DNA of 64,000 bases from Mustelus asterias. Lineage: Eukaryota. This document shows positions 51,458 to 64,000 of this stretch, piece by piece. Positions within the stretch are counted from its first letter, which is position 1; every line of letters begins with the position of its first letter. The notes below the pieces were generated by a model. It saw nothing but the letters and a program-made list of their open reading frames with translations, did not search any database and had not been told where the DNA came from. Made by a program: the position numbers and the translations under genes. The stretch lies in the NCBI RefSeq assembly GCF_964213995.1, contig NC_135814.1, forward strand, positions 27,094,001 to 27,158,000, written 5' to 3'.

Positions 51458-53177
51458 CAAGTTTCCTGCCAAGAATCATCTCCGACCTCGCCCGCGGCTG
51501 GGATTATCTGGGTCCACTGCTGTAAACAGAGATTTGGCTGAGCACCAAATTCTCCATTCTCACTGGCGGCGGTAGCGGGGCATGCAAGGATGGAGAATTC
51601 CGGCCATTATGTTTTCAGTTGTTAAGTCAAACACATAGCAATTTGGTATAGAGATTGAAAAAACATTTTTGTAAAGCTAGGTAAAATCCTTTCTATTTAA
51701 AATGTGTGTTATATTGTTTATTCATTCATTTATCTATTGTTAATGATGATGCCTGAATCAGGGAGATAATTTTCACTTTTGGGCCGAATGATAAACTGGC
51801 CAAGATGTTCATTATACACCCATCATAATTTTCTCTTCCAGAGAAAGGAATATAGGACATGGTATATAATGGGCACCAAATCTACAACCACCAGTTTTCT
51901 GACCATACTCACAATGAGATTCACTTGTAAGACCTGCTATTGTGATGTGCTGCTGCTTTTTGTAAGCACGAGAAAGGCTTATGATAATTCCAGTAGCTAA
52001 AGTAATGAACTGAAATATTTTGCTTTCATGTTTTCCATGTTATCAAAGGATTACCTAGGTAGCAAGTTTAAATGAATTGGATTTGCAAAGGAAGGTAATG
52101 TAACGTAGAGAAAATGTTGTCACTGGCATTTCAAACACAAAGCCGGTGCTTGTTATAGGCAAGTTATGTTACAAATCTAATTTTTGACAAAGTCTGCCGC
52201 TCAGGGAACCGAAGATGGTGGCAAGAAAATCTAATAAGTAGATTTTGAAGGAATATTTTCTTTGCTAGATTTAGTTAACTGCTCATGCTTGAGTAGCTGT
52301 TTTCAAATTTCCTTGTACCTCCTCATTGGAGGTTCATCTATCCTAGGGGCTTTCTATAGATTGATAAGACGTGTGCCTTTCAAGAATGATTAGCTACTGA
52401 TTTGAGTATAAAATTTGGCCAATAAATTGCATGTATGATGAAAAATGTGTACAAACTGTATGTATTAACAGATAGAGCTGGTTAATAATGCTGAGGGATA
52501 CATAAATTAGGCAATGCTATTCCTAATACTTCAAATTTTAATCTTGGAATTGTTTATTTTAATTAGTTAGCTGTTGCGATAGTTCTGGACAAGGAGCTAC
52601 GTGTGAAGCTCACTGTGCTACTCTGTTGAATTTGACTTGGAATCTGAAAAGATTTGCTCTGGTTGTTGGGAAATGTTGAGCATAGCCATGTAAGGTGCAT
52701 CCATTTTTAACTTTGAAAGGAAATCTATTATAAATTAGCAGGAACATGAGGGATGATGTTAATCCTCATTACCAGGGGAAACCAGGGTGGGAAATGAATA
52801 CTGGTTCCGATGACTTATCTACCGACAACCAACATCGATTTCGTGGCCTTCAATTTTAAACTACCCTTCTGAACAGGTTTTAAGGTGCTCAGATTTTTCT
52901 TTTGAAGACCAAAATGTGTCCTGAGCAGGGAATTATTTGCAGCATTCCACCAAGTGAGGATGAGCAAAAGTGGATCTGAACCAGAAGAGGCTATTTAATG
53001 ATATTTTCTTGTGATTCTCTGGGGAAGTTTTGGTTTCCCCTTTGCCATGCTCCCCCCACCCCCCCATCCACTTTCCCTCCTGTGAGAACCATCTAGAACA
53101 CCCTCTCCAACACTTACCTTGCTACCAGAAAATCTTCTGTTGGTGCCATACAGTAACCACCTGTCACTCCTTGTTTT

Positions 53178-53532
53178 ATATTCATTCATGTGACATGGGC
53201 ATCGCTAGCTGACCAGCATTTATTGCCCATCCCTAGTTGCTCGAGGGTAGTTGATAGTCAACCACATTGCTGCGACTCTGGAGTCACATGTCGGCCAAAC
53301 CAGGTAAGGACAGCAAATTTCCTTCCCTAAAGGACATTAGTGAACCAGATGGGTTTTTCCGACAATTGACAATGGTTTCATGGTCATCAGTAGATTCTTA
53401 ATTCCAGACATTTTTTATTGATTTCAAATTCCACCATCTGCCATGGCAGGATTCAAAGCTGGATCACCAGAACATTAGCTGAGTTTTTGAATTAATATTC
53501 TAGCAATAATACCACTCGGCCATCGCCTCCCC
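53178..53532 (-). mobile_element. tRNA-headed SINE (same family as 37213-37589)
   Basis: Reverse complement of the 51102 copy. Confidence 0.85.
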
Positions 53533-55409
53533 ACACTCACCAGCCACCTATCACCTCTTGCCTTTTTGGAGTTGGATTGCTCGCCATTGGCAAGCCTATG
53601 AAACTGGGGTCTTAGATTTTACAAGCCAATATTGGGACTGTTTTTGTCGATCCCTCCTCCCCTCTTCTGGACCCCTGATTCAAGTTAAAATTGCAGCTAA
53701 AGTGCTCCTTAAATTACAAGGCAAATGTGGTGATGAGTTGCCAGGGTATAATTCTGAGATAAAATTAGCATATATGGACTCTGGACAGCACAGGCACGAT
53801 AAACAAATGACATTTTCTCTTCCTAGAACTATAATACTATGTTCCAAAAACAGCAGAATTTCTTTGGATTTCTGGTCCTGAAACTCAGTCTCAAAATTCT
53901 AGCACTTCAAAATCTGTCATTGAAATGTAGATTGCATTTAAAATGTACAGGACAATATTCGATTAGCCATACTGCAGCCGAACATCAAACTTGTGTAAAG
54001 AAATACGCAGAATGACAGAGATGATGAGAAGAAATTGATAATCTAAGGACGAAAGCAGCCGTGACTTGAATTTAACAAAACTCTTAATATTGTCTCTGGA
54101 CTCAGGGGCATTGACCTCTCTGGTTTGTATTTCAAACTGAATCAGGAAGTGAGGAACATTAACCGACTCAACATCTAACTTATCCTGTTTATTAAAATCA
54201 TTTTCTTCCACTGTAGTAATGGGTTACAGTCAGTACAAAGAAAATTACAGCACAGGAAAAGGCCCTTTGGCCCTCCAAGCCTGCACCGACCATGCTGCCC
54301 GACTGAACTAAAACCCCCTACCCTTCCGGGGACCATATCCCTCTATGCGCATCCTATTCATGTATTTGTCAAGACGCCCCTTAAAAGTCACTACCACATC
54401 TGCTTCCACTACCTCCCCCGGCAACGAGTTCCAGGAACCCACTACTCTCTGTGTAAAAAATAGTACTACAATCTAGTGCCATGGAAAGTATCAGCTCAAG
54501 GGTTGACTTCTCTAACATGGTCTCAACAAATTAAACATATAACTCATTCAAAATCCTGAAGATTGTGTTCTTGTGTGCACAAAGTTCACTTGTGTACATC
54601 ATGCACAGCTAGGGTAAATGCATGGGGTTATGGGGATGGGGCCTGGGTGAGATTGTGGTGGGTGCAGACTCGATGGGCTGAATGGCCTCCTTCTGCACTG
54701 TAGGATTCTATGCACATATTTGAGGAAGTGGCTGGGACTTGTGTCATGAATGGCTGGCACTCAATGTGTCGGAACTTTCATGTCCTGCATGGTGTGTTTC
54801 ATGGCGGTATATGCGGCCTGCCATTCCCCGGCTGTGAAGGGGACTTCCCGTTCTATGCACCTCCTGCCGCCAGAAAACGCACAGCGGGGTTTCACCGTCG
54901 GCGGGACTGGAAAATCCTGCTACCAAGAATGGCCAGAACATTCTGGCCGATGCTTATGCCACCTAAATGGCGCAAATGACATTTTGGCCAGAATTTTCAA
55001 AGAATCACAGGGTCTGGGACAAGTTGGCTTTGAAAATTCCTGACCCAAGGGACAACTCAGGATCCTGGTAATAGTGGGAGAGAACAAATTCTCCCTGATG
55101 GGAAGAAATTTGTTTATGAAAGTATGGCTAAACTGGGCTGAGCTTTTTTTTTCGGTTGAGATCAGTAAGAGTACGCCTATCATTCAGGAAGAGCGAAGAA
55201 AGCACATGTGCAGGTTAGGTGGATAGGCCATGCTAAATTGCCCCTTGGTGCAGGTTAGATGGATAAGCCATGGGAAATGTGTGGGGTTACGGGGATAGGA
55301 TGGGGGAGAGGACCTGGGTAAGATGCTCTGTCAGAGAGACAGTGCAGACTAGGTGGGCAGAATAGCCTCTTTGGCACTGGAGGGATTCTATGTATATGTG
55401 GTTAAACAC

Positions 55410-57395
55410 AAGAAAGCCATGGGAATGAGAACATGTTGATTTTTCTTTGAAGCAGAAGGGAATGAGTACCTTGTTTTGATTGATTGCTATAGCAAATGGA
55501 TAAGTGTTGAGTCCATGCCCAATACCACGAGTAACAAAGCTACTGACGTTTTGAGAAGTTGGTTTGCAATTTACAGGTTTCCAGAGGTGTCGGTGTCAGA
55601 TAATAATCCATAGTTTTCATTAGGAGAGTTTCAAATGTTTCTGAGTAACAATAGAGTCAAGCCCACCCGAGTGTCACCATATTTCTCAGCATCAAGAAAG
55701 ACGTGTACAGATTATGAAGAGGTATTTGCTAAGTGACAAGCAGGCAGCAGTTTCTATGTTTCATTTCAACACAGGCTAGACAATTTTCTGTTCTCTTACA
55801 AAATAACCCCACCAATCCACAACAGATTTTTCACCTGACAAGTTAGTCTTTAAAAACAGGTTCTTAGGGTAAGGTTTAGTTTGTTTAGCCTGTCATCAAT
55901 AGGAAAGTAAGAAAAAGAGAAAAAAGGGAAGATGCGTGACAATACACCAGGCGTGAAGCATAGAGTTCAGTGCTTGTCAGAAGGTCATTGTGGGGAAAAA
56001 AAAGAGGTGATCAGAAGAAGTATGTGCTTGGACTGGGGAAGAAACTAGATGCATTCACAGAGATAGTGAAGATTGGAAAGGGACTCTGCTAGTATGATGC
56101 GGGCCATTTGCTTGAAAGAGGAAATCTGACAATGGAAGGGCAGGAGAAACCTCCTTTGACCCAAATTCCTCTTCCTCAAAGGGAAAATCACAAAGAAATT
56201 GAAAGTTTCCCAGTATCACAGAATGCACCAGTCCAGCTAAGTGACTCGGAGGGCGGAAGTTTCCCATTCCACCTGCCATGGGAATCATAGCAGGCGTGAC
56301 AGGACCATGCAAAGGTCCATTGACCTTGGGTGGGATTTTCCTGTCTTGGGGTAGGCGTGGCCAGAAAATCCCACCCAAAGTTTTTGATGACAGTCCCAAC
56401 CTTTAAGTGGAGTTGCCAGTCAAAGTTCCAGTTTGACACAATCAGAGATGTTGCGAAAGCAGAGTCAAGCTCATCAAAACGGAAGAAAAATACCCGGACA
56501 GAAAGAGAAAATAAGCCGGATAGGTTCAGTGAGAGCATGTAGGACAAAAAAGAGGAAATAAGTATTTTCTTTGGGTTATCTCATGTTAAATAATGATTTT
56601 GTTGAACTCATACTGATGTTAAGGAAGAACAATTGTTCTTTTTACATGCAAATTACTCAGAAAATTTCAGTCAATGTTTTGATTGTGATCACAATCGAAG
56701 CAAATCAGTAACTCAAACTGTTAAAATGCAGGTATTGCTGAAGTTGGTTTAGTCTTTGATATGATTTATTATTGTCACATCTATTGGGATACAATGAAAA
56801 GTATTGTTTCTTGCACGGTATACCGACAAAGCATACCATTCATCGAGTAGATGGGGAGAAGGAAAGGAGAGGGTGCAGAATATAGTGTCACAGTTACAGA
56901 TAGGGAGAAGAGAAAGATCAACTTAAATTATAATGGGTCCATTCAAAAGTCTGATGGCAGCAGGGAAGAAGCTGTACTTGAGTCGGTTGGTACGTGACCT
57001 CAGACTTTTGCATCTTTTTCTCAATGAGACAAGGTGAAAAGAGAGTATGTCCAGGTTGCGTGGAGTTCTTGATTATGTTGGCTGCTTTTCTGAGGCAGCA
57101 CGAGGTGTTGACGGAGTCAGTGGTTTCATATTGTATTCTGAGATGAGCAGCTCAGACTGTTAAGGTGCAGGTATTGTTGATATTGATTTAGTCATGCTGT
57201 ATTTTGAGAAATTATAGTTGGGTACCATCTTTTTTTAAATGGGGAGGGAGAGTAAGTATATTGCAAAGTTGAGCATTTTGTTCATTGCCCTCTCTGCTGT
57301 CCTTTCTGTTGGGGTGGTGTAAATAACGTTAGTTTGGTAATGATTGCCTGCTGAGAGTCCACATGTTAATCCTTTCTCATTGCAATACACAACAC
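55410..57395 (+). mobile_element. Decayed Gypsy integrase and 3' region with later MITE and LINE insertions
   Basis: Translates as EYLVLIDCYSKWISVESM..TT....DVLRSWFAIYRFPEVSVSDNNP*F...FQMFLSNN.VK..RVSPY (integrase core, about 55440-55700). C-terminal R..KPDRF near 56520, polypurine tract at about 57238-57250. Downstream boundary uncertain. Confidence 0.7.
56755..57125 (-). mobile_element. 3' fragment of a non-CR1 LINE (possibly Rex1/RTE/L2-like)
   Basis: Begins with a GATTT-type tail and TTTATTATTGTCACAT, and splits a roughly 45-bp repeated unit (56712-56754 vs 57150-57195). Confidence 0.5.
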
Positions 57396-58979
57396 CTTCT
57401 GGCCAATTAAGCTATTTATATATTTTTTTAAATCACAGTGCATGAGCAATATAGCTTGGGTACATGGCAGGAACACAGAATTCATCCAAGTGTTGGATCC
57501 CTGGCTGTACACTGAAAATCTTGCCTGTGTCCATTTCCAATTTGTATCTCCTGAGTTTAACTTTGTTGAGGGTGGGGTGAGGGGTGGAACTTACACTTCA
57601 GACGCTATTAATTGGTTTATCTGCCCGTGTGCTATTAACTGGTTCCATTATTTGGCTTCCTATATCAGTTGATTCTGTGACAAGAAGGGAGAAACAAAAT
57701 GTTCAAATCCCAGCAAAAATCAGTAATTCTGACACTAGTAATAATAGAGTTCCATTTTTAAGGTACACAAGACTGGTTCAGACAGGTTTTACCGCTACCC
57801 TTCGTTTCCACGTTTTAGTGGTTTTGCCTTTTGGGTTCTGAAAAGCGCCGCAAAAATATGCACATGGCTTGTAGTCAAGCTAGCTTGCAGTCATCAGAGG
57901 GAGTAAGGCACTGGTCCTCGTTTCCCTGCTGCTTCCCCAGCCTGCTCCAGTCTTCAGATGGAACTGTTTTATTAAGGGCTGCACTCTTTAATTTCCAGGC
58001 AGCCCAGCAGAGTGCATCTGTTTTACATGGGATTTATGCCAGCTCCTATTCTGATGGATAAGCAGATGAACGAAACAGGAAATTATAGCAGCTCTTTAGG
58101 CCAGTTCTTATTCTTCATATTGGAGAAAATGTGGTTGCAACTCATTGCATGAAAATCGTGGGGCAATTGCAAATTGCACAGCGCAATGTACATACAACAG
58201 TGGTTTACTATGTTGCAATATCAGGGACATTCACTGTTTAATTTGTTTTAATTTTCATCATACGAATGGAAAAGTTTGCTTATCCCTGTATTGAGCAACA
58301 TTTAGGGATGTGATATTAAGTGATTCAAAGGACCTTTCTGATGCCGATATAACAACATATTTACTGGAGCTGGCATATTAATTTAGAACAATCGAAGTTT
58401 CTTGTGACTTTCATTGAGCAGTTCTGAGTGAACAGGTGACATTGGAGTTTTTGTATGACCAAATATTTATCTTAAAACTTACCCACTGTCCAGGAAGTAA
58501 TTGATTCCTCCTCTCAATCACAGCCTCATGTTTTTTAAATCCTACTCGGACAAACAAGCAATCTGAGTGTAACTTTGTGTAAGGAAAATTGAAAAAGGTT
58601 GACGGAAAATATTGCTTTAGGGAATTGCTTGAACTGGAGATGAATTGACATTAGAAGTTGCTGGTGACACTACTTGAAGCTTATCTGATATATTTTACTA
58701 CAATTCTTCAAGTGACTACACCACCAAACACCCTGCACTGATATAACTCCACTATGGTAAATCAGAGACCAAAGTAGTTGCCCTTGCATAACTGCTGAAG
58801 CTGTGCCCTTCAGTTACATAGCAACTCATCAATACTAATCTTTGAATTGGGTAAATATAGTACAAGGCCACATTTGCAATGAACACCAAAATGTTGAAGC
58901 ACCCATATAATGCATATGACATAAGATAGGTATACGTTTTACATACAACAAGTTATATTCAATTCTTACATACCTTTTT

Positions 58980-59295
58980 ATCACTTCTCGGCCTTTTGGC
59001 TAAGATCAAGTGTAGTATCGACATGCTGTGCTTAGTTGAAGTCATTAAGTTACATTTTAGCTTCATTTGAAGCAATTTTTAAAAGCGGCATCTCGGCCTT
59101 TTGGCTAAGGTGCAAATGAGATCAAGCCTTGGAGGAGGAGCTATGCCTACTCCAATCAGCTTGGCTCATGTAGATCAAGCCCAAGACAGGAGGTGAGAGC
59201 CCTGTCTTGTCAGCTTGGATCGGGAATGTCTCAACTTGTTGAGACTCTGAACTGGATTTGATTTGATTGAATTGGATAAATAAATTTTTTAAAAA
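58980..59295 (+). mobile_element. U2 snRNA-headed SINE-like insertion
   Basis: 58980-59019 equals the U2 5' end (ATC[A]CTTCTCGGCCTTTTGGCTAAGATCAAGTGTAGTATC). Second U2 fragment at 59091-59109, AT-rich tail, ACCTTTT repeated on both flanks (58972-58978, 59295-59301). Confidence 0.75.
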
Positions 59296-62200
59296 CCTTT
59301 TATTGCAGACAAAATCTTCACAGCCAAGTGATTCTGATCGGTAGTGTGTATTTTTTCAGGACGATTTGGTGAAAAATGGCCAAATCAGCACAAGGATCAA
59401 GGAAATTTGAGAAATTACATCCAGTGTGAATGGAGTTTCCACGATTGTTTGTGTTAGTTTACAAACCTTTGCACTAGAAACTGGCCCATTCACAAAATCT
59501 GACCATGACCCCAGGTCGAACTCATTATCATGGTGAGTTTCAGTTGCTTGGACATGTTAATGGGCTTTCGAGGAGACTCTGAAAATTAAATTGTTTCTTG
59601 GCACAAGGGCATTGTTAGGCACCTTTCAAAATGTATGCATATGCTTTTAATTTGCTGCAGATTTAGATTAGATACTGAAAATAATGTATATTATTAGCAA
59701 TAAACACATTTTATGTTGCATTAATTAATGAACCCCGCACCATATTAACATTCTTAATTATATAAAGGAATCTTTTAATGTATTTTTTCAGATACGTTCT
59801 AAAATACCGCCAGGTTGAGCTGTTCAATTTGGCGAAAGCTGGAAGGTGAGCAAAAGGAAAAGAGCGAAAGTAATTTTTGCCCGGATTACTAATTGCATTC
59901 AACAATTGGCCCAGCTGTCCAAAAAAACTTTTGCAATGTGCAACAAAATTAAATGCAGGTGATAAGTAACAGTTTTAATATCTTTAATATGTCTAAAAGG
60001 AAACAATTTCCAATTGCAAAACTCATTGAATGACTGAGCTATGAGATTGCTTTGCATCTTTATCCCTGTTTCTACTTGGGTACATGTAGTACAGTGCATA
60101 GTATTACAAACCTTCCAGAGTGTCTGTCTTCTGAGATGTCCTGACAAGCCCCTGTGACATAAAGGTTAAAGGCAGTGGTGATCTTCACTGCAATATTCGA
60201 ATCCAGATTTGTGCCAAGGTGCAGAGGCTTTTTGTTTTGGCAAAAGTGGCAGATGAGCCCAAACATCCTAAGTCCCGCCCAGAAACACAGCTCATCCTAT
60301 TTTCATGGGGGTGGTAATGGAGTTGAGCTGGGATTCAGAGGTGGTTGGCCATTAAAGTTATCAGTTGCCTCCACTGAAGTGGGGTTTTTGTAGTCCACAA
60401 ATCTGAAATTCAACATCTGCAGCAGTTTAGACCAAGTAAGAGCTGATCTGAACTTGGAGGATTCATTTGGATAGCCAGGGAGGGTAAGGTACCATGGATA
60501 TAGTCCATGGCCACCATTGAGAGAGAGAGATGAAGCAATCTTTAGGAGAGGTAAGACACCCTTTGGGATAGGTAAAGCACCCTTTAACATTGTTACAAGT
60601 AAGCATGATTGTGCGTAAAAAGTGCATAAACCCATTGGAACTGTCAAAAATGTTAGTGGATTTAACTCTTCAGGGCTTTTAAATTATAAAAAAGTCTGGA
60701 GTTGAAAGAAATGATATTTGATATTTTATTCTGTCTGTTGCCATAGGTCTGAGGGTTATCACTTCAGGAGTTGTGCTGCAATGACTGATTTTACTAACTA
60801 ACATCGCAATAGGATGTCTGTTAAGTGAGATTGACAGTGATTATAAAATAGACTTGTTTGTTTGCATAAAAGATTAGTTGAAGAAATTTCTACATACTGA
60901 ATGGATTGTTATCAATGCGAGTTTTATTTTAAATAGTGAGGTCATCAATAGACGCATGCATTTATTTTATGTCAGCATGGTTCTTGAGGTTTGCCCGTGG
61001 TTGATAATATGTGAGTTTCCATGGAGGGGGTAGAGGCAAAGGGTGGTAGGTGGGCTGGGGTGACATGAGTTGGCATAGGGGCTATGAAGGGCCATGAGGA
61101 TGTTGGTCGGGATTATAGTGAATATGATGGCCATGCAGGGATGGATGGCAGAGATTGGCATGAATGCGGTCTTTGGAGTGTATGATGGGCTTGAGGGGTA
61201 AGGGCGTCATAAAAATTTTAATCATTCCAAACTGCTGGATCACAGAGTTTTCTGCCCAGCCAGCCTCTGCACCCGGCAGCCTCTGCGCTTGTTCCAGGGG
61301 TTGCCCTGACTTTCAACCCAACCTCCCAGTCTGGGCCGCTGTTTATAAAAGGTCAAGTTTGCAGAGCCAAGAATTATTTTGAAATTCGTAGACATGAGAA
61401 AAGATCTGAGCCTCAGAATTTCATCCAAATTCCTGGGTGAGAGTGTGAGAAACATTCTAAAATATATGGAGCAATATTCTGATTCTAGAGACACAAACAT
61501 GCATCCCTAATTAACTCGTACATTTTATAGGCAAGTGTAAAAGTTTATTCAGATTAGTGAGATTAATTGGAAAAAGACTTAATAGCAATTATTATATTCA
61601 AATTATGATACTTTCCTATCTCCTACAAATAGCCTCACAAGACAATTTAAGAAGGAATCTGTATTATTTTGCAGAAGTTGTATTTTCTTTTGAGTGTTCA
61701 TATCAAAATCAAATTAATTTTATTCGCTGTTTCTGTTAATGGATGGGTTCCTTCAGTACATTGTTTTTATTTGTGCATCAACCCTAATTATAAATGTAGT
61801 AACAATTTCTTATTCTCATGGGTATTGGTTTTGGAAATAAAATTGCAACAGTTTTCCAGCTATATTTCATACATATATTATACAGTCATGAAGGATCATC
61901 AATTCAAAATGTCATGAAAAGGTCGAAGAGAAAGGTTAGACATTTCTTCACACAGAGGGTGTTTGTAATGTACGGGGAGTGGTTGAGATAGAGGCTATTA
62001 TGTCACTTAAGGAAAGAGCAGATAAATATTTGAAGCAGAGAGGACAGACTGAGGGTGATTGGAGTGCTTTTATGTTGACAGTTCAGGCACAAAGGGATAA
62101 AAAGCCTCTTTAATTGTTTTAAATTTCTATGGTTCTTAAAGTACAAACGTTTCATGTTTTCATGACTGCCTTCAAAGCATTTACTTTCAATCTGGACAAG

Positions 62201-62317
62201 AAGCAGCTAACTCTTTAGGAGCTTAACTTTTGTTTACTTTCCAGCAGAGTTTTATTAGATTCACCGTGGCAACAAGAATTCTGGACTATTGGACTTTTGC
62301 CCATGCACCATAAGGAA

Positions 62318-62335
62318 GTGTGTGTGTGTGTGTGT
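62318..62335. repeat. (GT)n microsatellite
   Basis: Seen directly. Also (CT)n at about 14663-14682 and poly-C at about 24044-24059. Confidence 0.9.
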
Positions 62336-62713
62336 GGTGGGGGGCGGGGGAGGATGGGTGGCTGGGTTTGTGGGGCTGGTGCTGTAGAGGGTGACAGGAT
62401 GTGGGGAATAAGCCAATTTAATATGTGAAACATTCTGCAGTCAGCCAAAACCTTTGAGCTTGAACTTGGGTAAAACAGCAGAAGTCCGCATTTTTGGAAC
62501 TTTACACCGAAGAACAGTTTTCACGAAAAATATTTGACCATGGAAAAGAGATCAATAGCCGATGCAGAAAAAAAAGAGAGAATTTTAATTGAAATTGACA
62601 TTGATGGCATGATAATAATCATGTTCTTCTATTCAGCACGAACTTACCAATCATACAACAGAATGTTAGAAGAATGATGTGGGTTATTTATTTGACGATA
62701 AGACCATATGCAT

Positions 62714-63041
62714 ATCATAGAATCATAGAAACCCTACAGTGCAGAAGGAGGCCATTCGGCCCATCGAGTCTGCACCGACCACAATCCCACCCAGGCCCTA
62801 CCCCCACATATTTACCCGCTAATCCACGCATCCCAGGACTCTAAGGGGCAATGTTTAACCTGGCCAATCAACCTAACCCGCACATCTTTGGACTGTGGGA
62901 GGAAACCGGAGCACCCGGAGGAAACCCACGCAGACACGAGGAGAATGTGCAAACTCCACACAGACAGTGACCAGAGCCGGGAATCGAACCCAGGACCCTG
63001 GAGCTGTGAAGCAGCAGTGCTAACCACTGTGCTACCGTGCC
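62714..63041 (-). mobile_element. Young HE1-like V-SINE
   Basis: Intact A/B boxes, CpG-rich, (CATAGAAT)n tail. Confidence 0.92.
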
Positions 63042-63741
63042 AAAAGGTCTGACAGGGCAAAACAAAAGATGCCAAATCAGACCAAAGCACAACCAAAAAC
63101 TCTTTATAGCCTATTGCTAGTCTGTGACACAACCCAAACATAGCACACCTATTGACATCGGAACGTATCTCAAACCAAGTTAACAGTAACTGAGTGGCAA
63201 TGTGGAATATGCCTGGGTCTGTAAGACTGCTGCTCTGTTTCACCTACAAAGTACATGGGATTATGCATCATCTGTGTTGTGGTGGATAGTGATGGACAGG
63301 GGTTTAGACACATACAGTTTACAGATACATCGCAACATCCCCCTTCTTTCTAAATTAAAGTTTTACCCTGAAAGAATTAAAAACTATTTACATTACATCA
63401 GAAGAAAATGACATTGGCCAAAACCTTACCACCTCACCCGCCCCGATTCCGGGTGGGCGAGGTTCCCAGAATGGAAATTTTTATTGGCCTTTGGCGGGAT
63501 ATTACGATTCCACCCAACATGTTTGAATATATTATTACATGAAGCAATGAACAACAGTCTGTGAAGCTTAATGGAAGCTTGTCCACACTTGGCTACAGTT
63601 AACTTGGTTTGAGATACGTTCCGATGTCAATAGGTGTGCTATGTTTGGGTTGTGTCACAGACTAGCAATAGGCTATAAAGAGTTTTTGGTTGTGCTTTGG
63701 TCTGATTTGGCATCTTTTGTTTTGCCCTGTCAGACCTTTTG
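63041..63741. repeat. Perfect 144-bp inverted repeat (63041-63184 / 63598-63741) with a 413-bp spacer
   Basis: Direct base-by-base comparison of the two arms. Confidence 0.95.
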
Positions 63742-64000
63742 TCACTCATTGATATGATCTTAGTTCTGGGCAACTGCTCAGCATTTCCATTGGATTCTAA
63801 TGTCATTGATTCAGTATTGTTTTTTCTGATGTGGATAATTCATTACCTGCCTGCCGTATGTGGGAACATCTCCCCTGTTCTTCGATTAAGGTGTCTCGTA
63901 TTCCCGAGGGTATCGAGGCGTGGTCCTGAGAAACGTTGTTTGCACTTGCCTGCTGAACTGTGATTCCACAGTGGTTCCTGCAGTCAGATTGAGTTTGTAA

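Noticed and set aside
58980-59019. Functional U2 snRNA gene
   Set aside because: Only about 40 nt match U2. The rest of U2, including the Sm site and 3' stems, is absent and no promoter was recognised.
1-64000. CRISPR arrays, operons or prokaryotic defence systems
   Set aside because: The sequence is vertebrate-type repeat-rich DNA. No regularly spaced repeat-spacer array or dense gene clusters were seen.

Overview
Repeat-dense eukaryotic DNA, very likely from a shark or other cartilaginous fish: it carries HE1-like V-SINEs with a CR1/HER1-type tail, many CR1 LINEs and Penelope-like elements. I found no intact host gene, and most short ORFs in the track are repeat-derived or noise. Main contents: (1) a three-level nest of an old near-full-length CR1, a young CR1 and a Penelope fragment, the two inner inserts with readable target-site duplications (TSDs), at 3.2-10.6 kb; (2) an intronless decayed copy of the N-terminal coiled coil of nucleoporin TPR at 11.2-12.3 kb; (3) a decayed Gypsy element at 16-19 kb; (4) a Penelope element with inverted pseudo-LTRs (pLTRs) at 19.5-22.8 kb, plus non-coding mini-Penelopes carrying minimal hammerhead-ribozyme cores; (5) a Tigger/pogo DNA transposon at 33.5-35.6 kb; (6) a young full-length Gypsy at 43.8-48.5 kb with no tRNA primer-binding site but a 15-nt match complementary to its own LTR; (7) a U2-snRNA-headed, hairpin-rich SINE-like insert at 59.0-59.3 kb; (8) several local inverted or direct duplications at repeat junctions, including a perfect 144-bp inverted repeat at 63 kb. 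All family assignments come from motif recognition by eye, not database searches. Boundaries of degenerate repeats are approximate.
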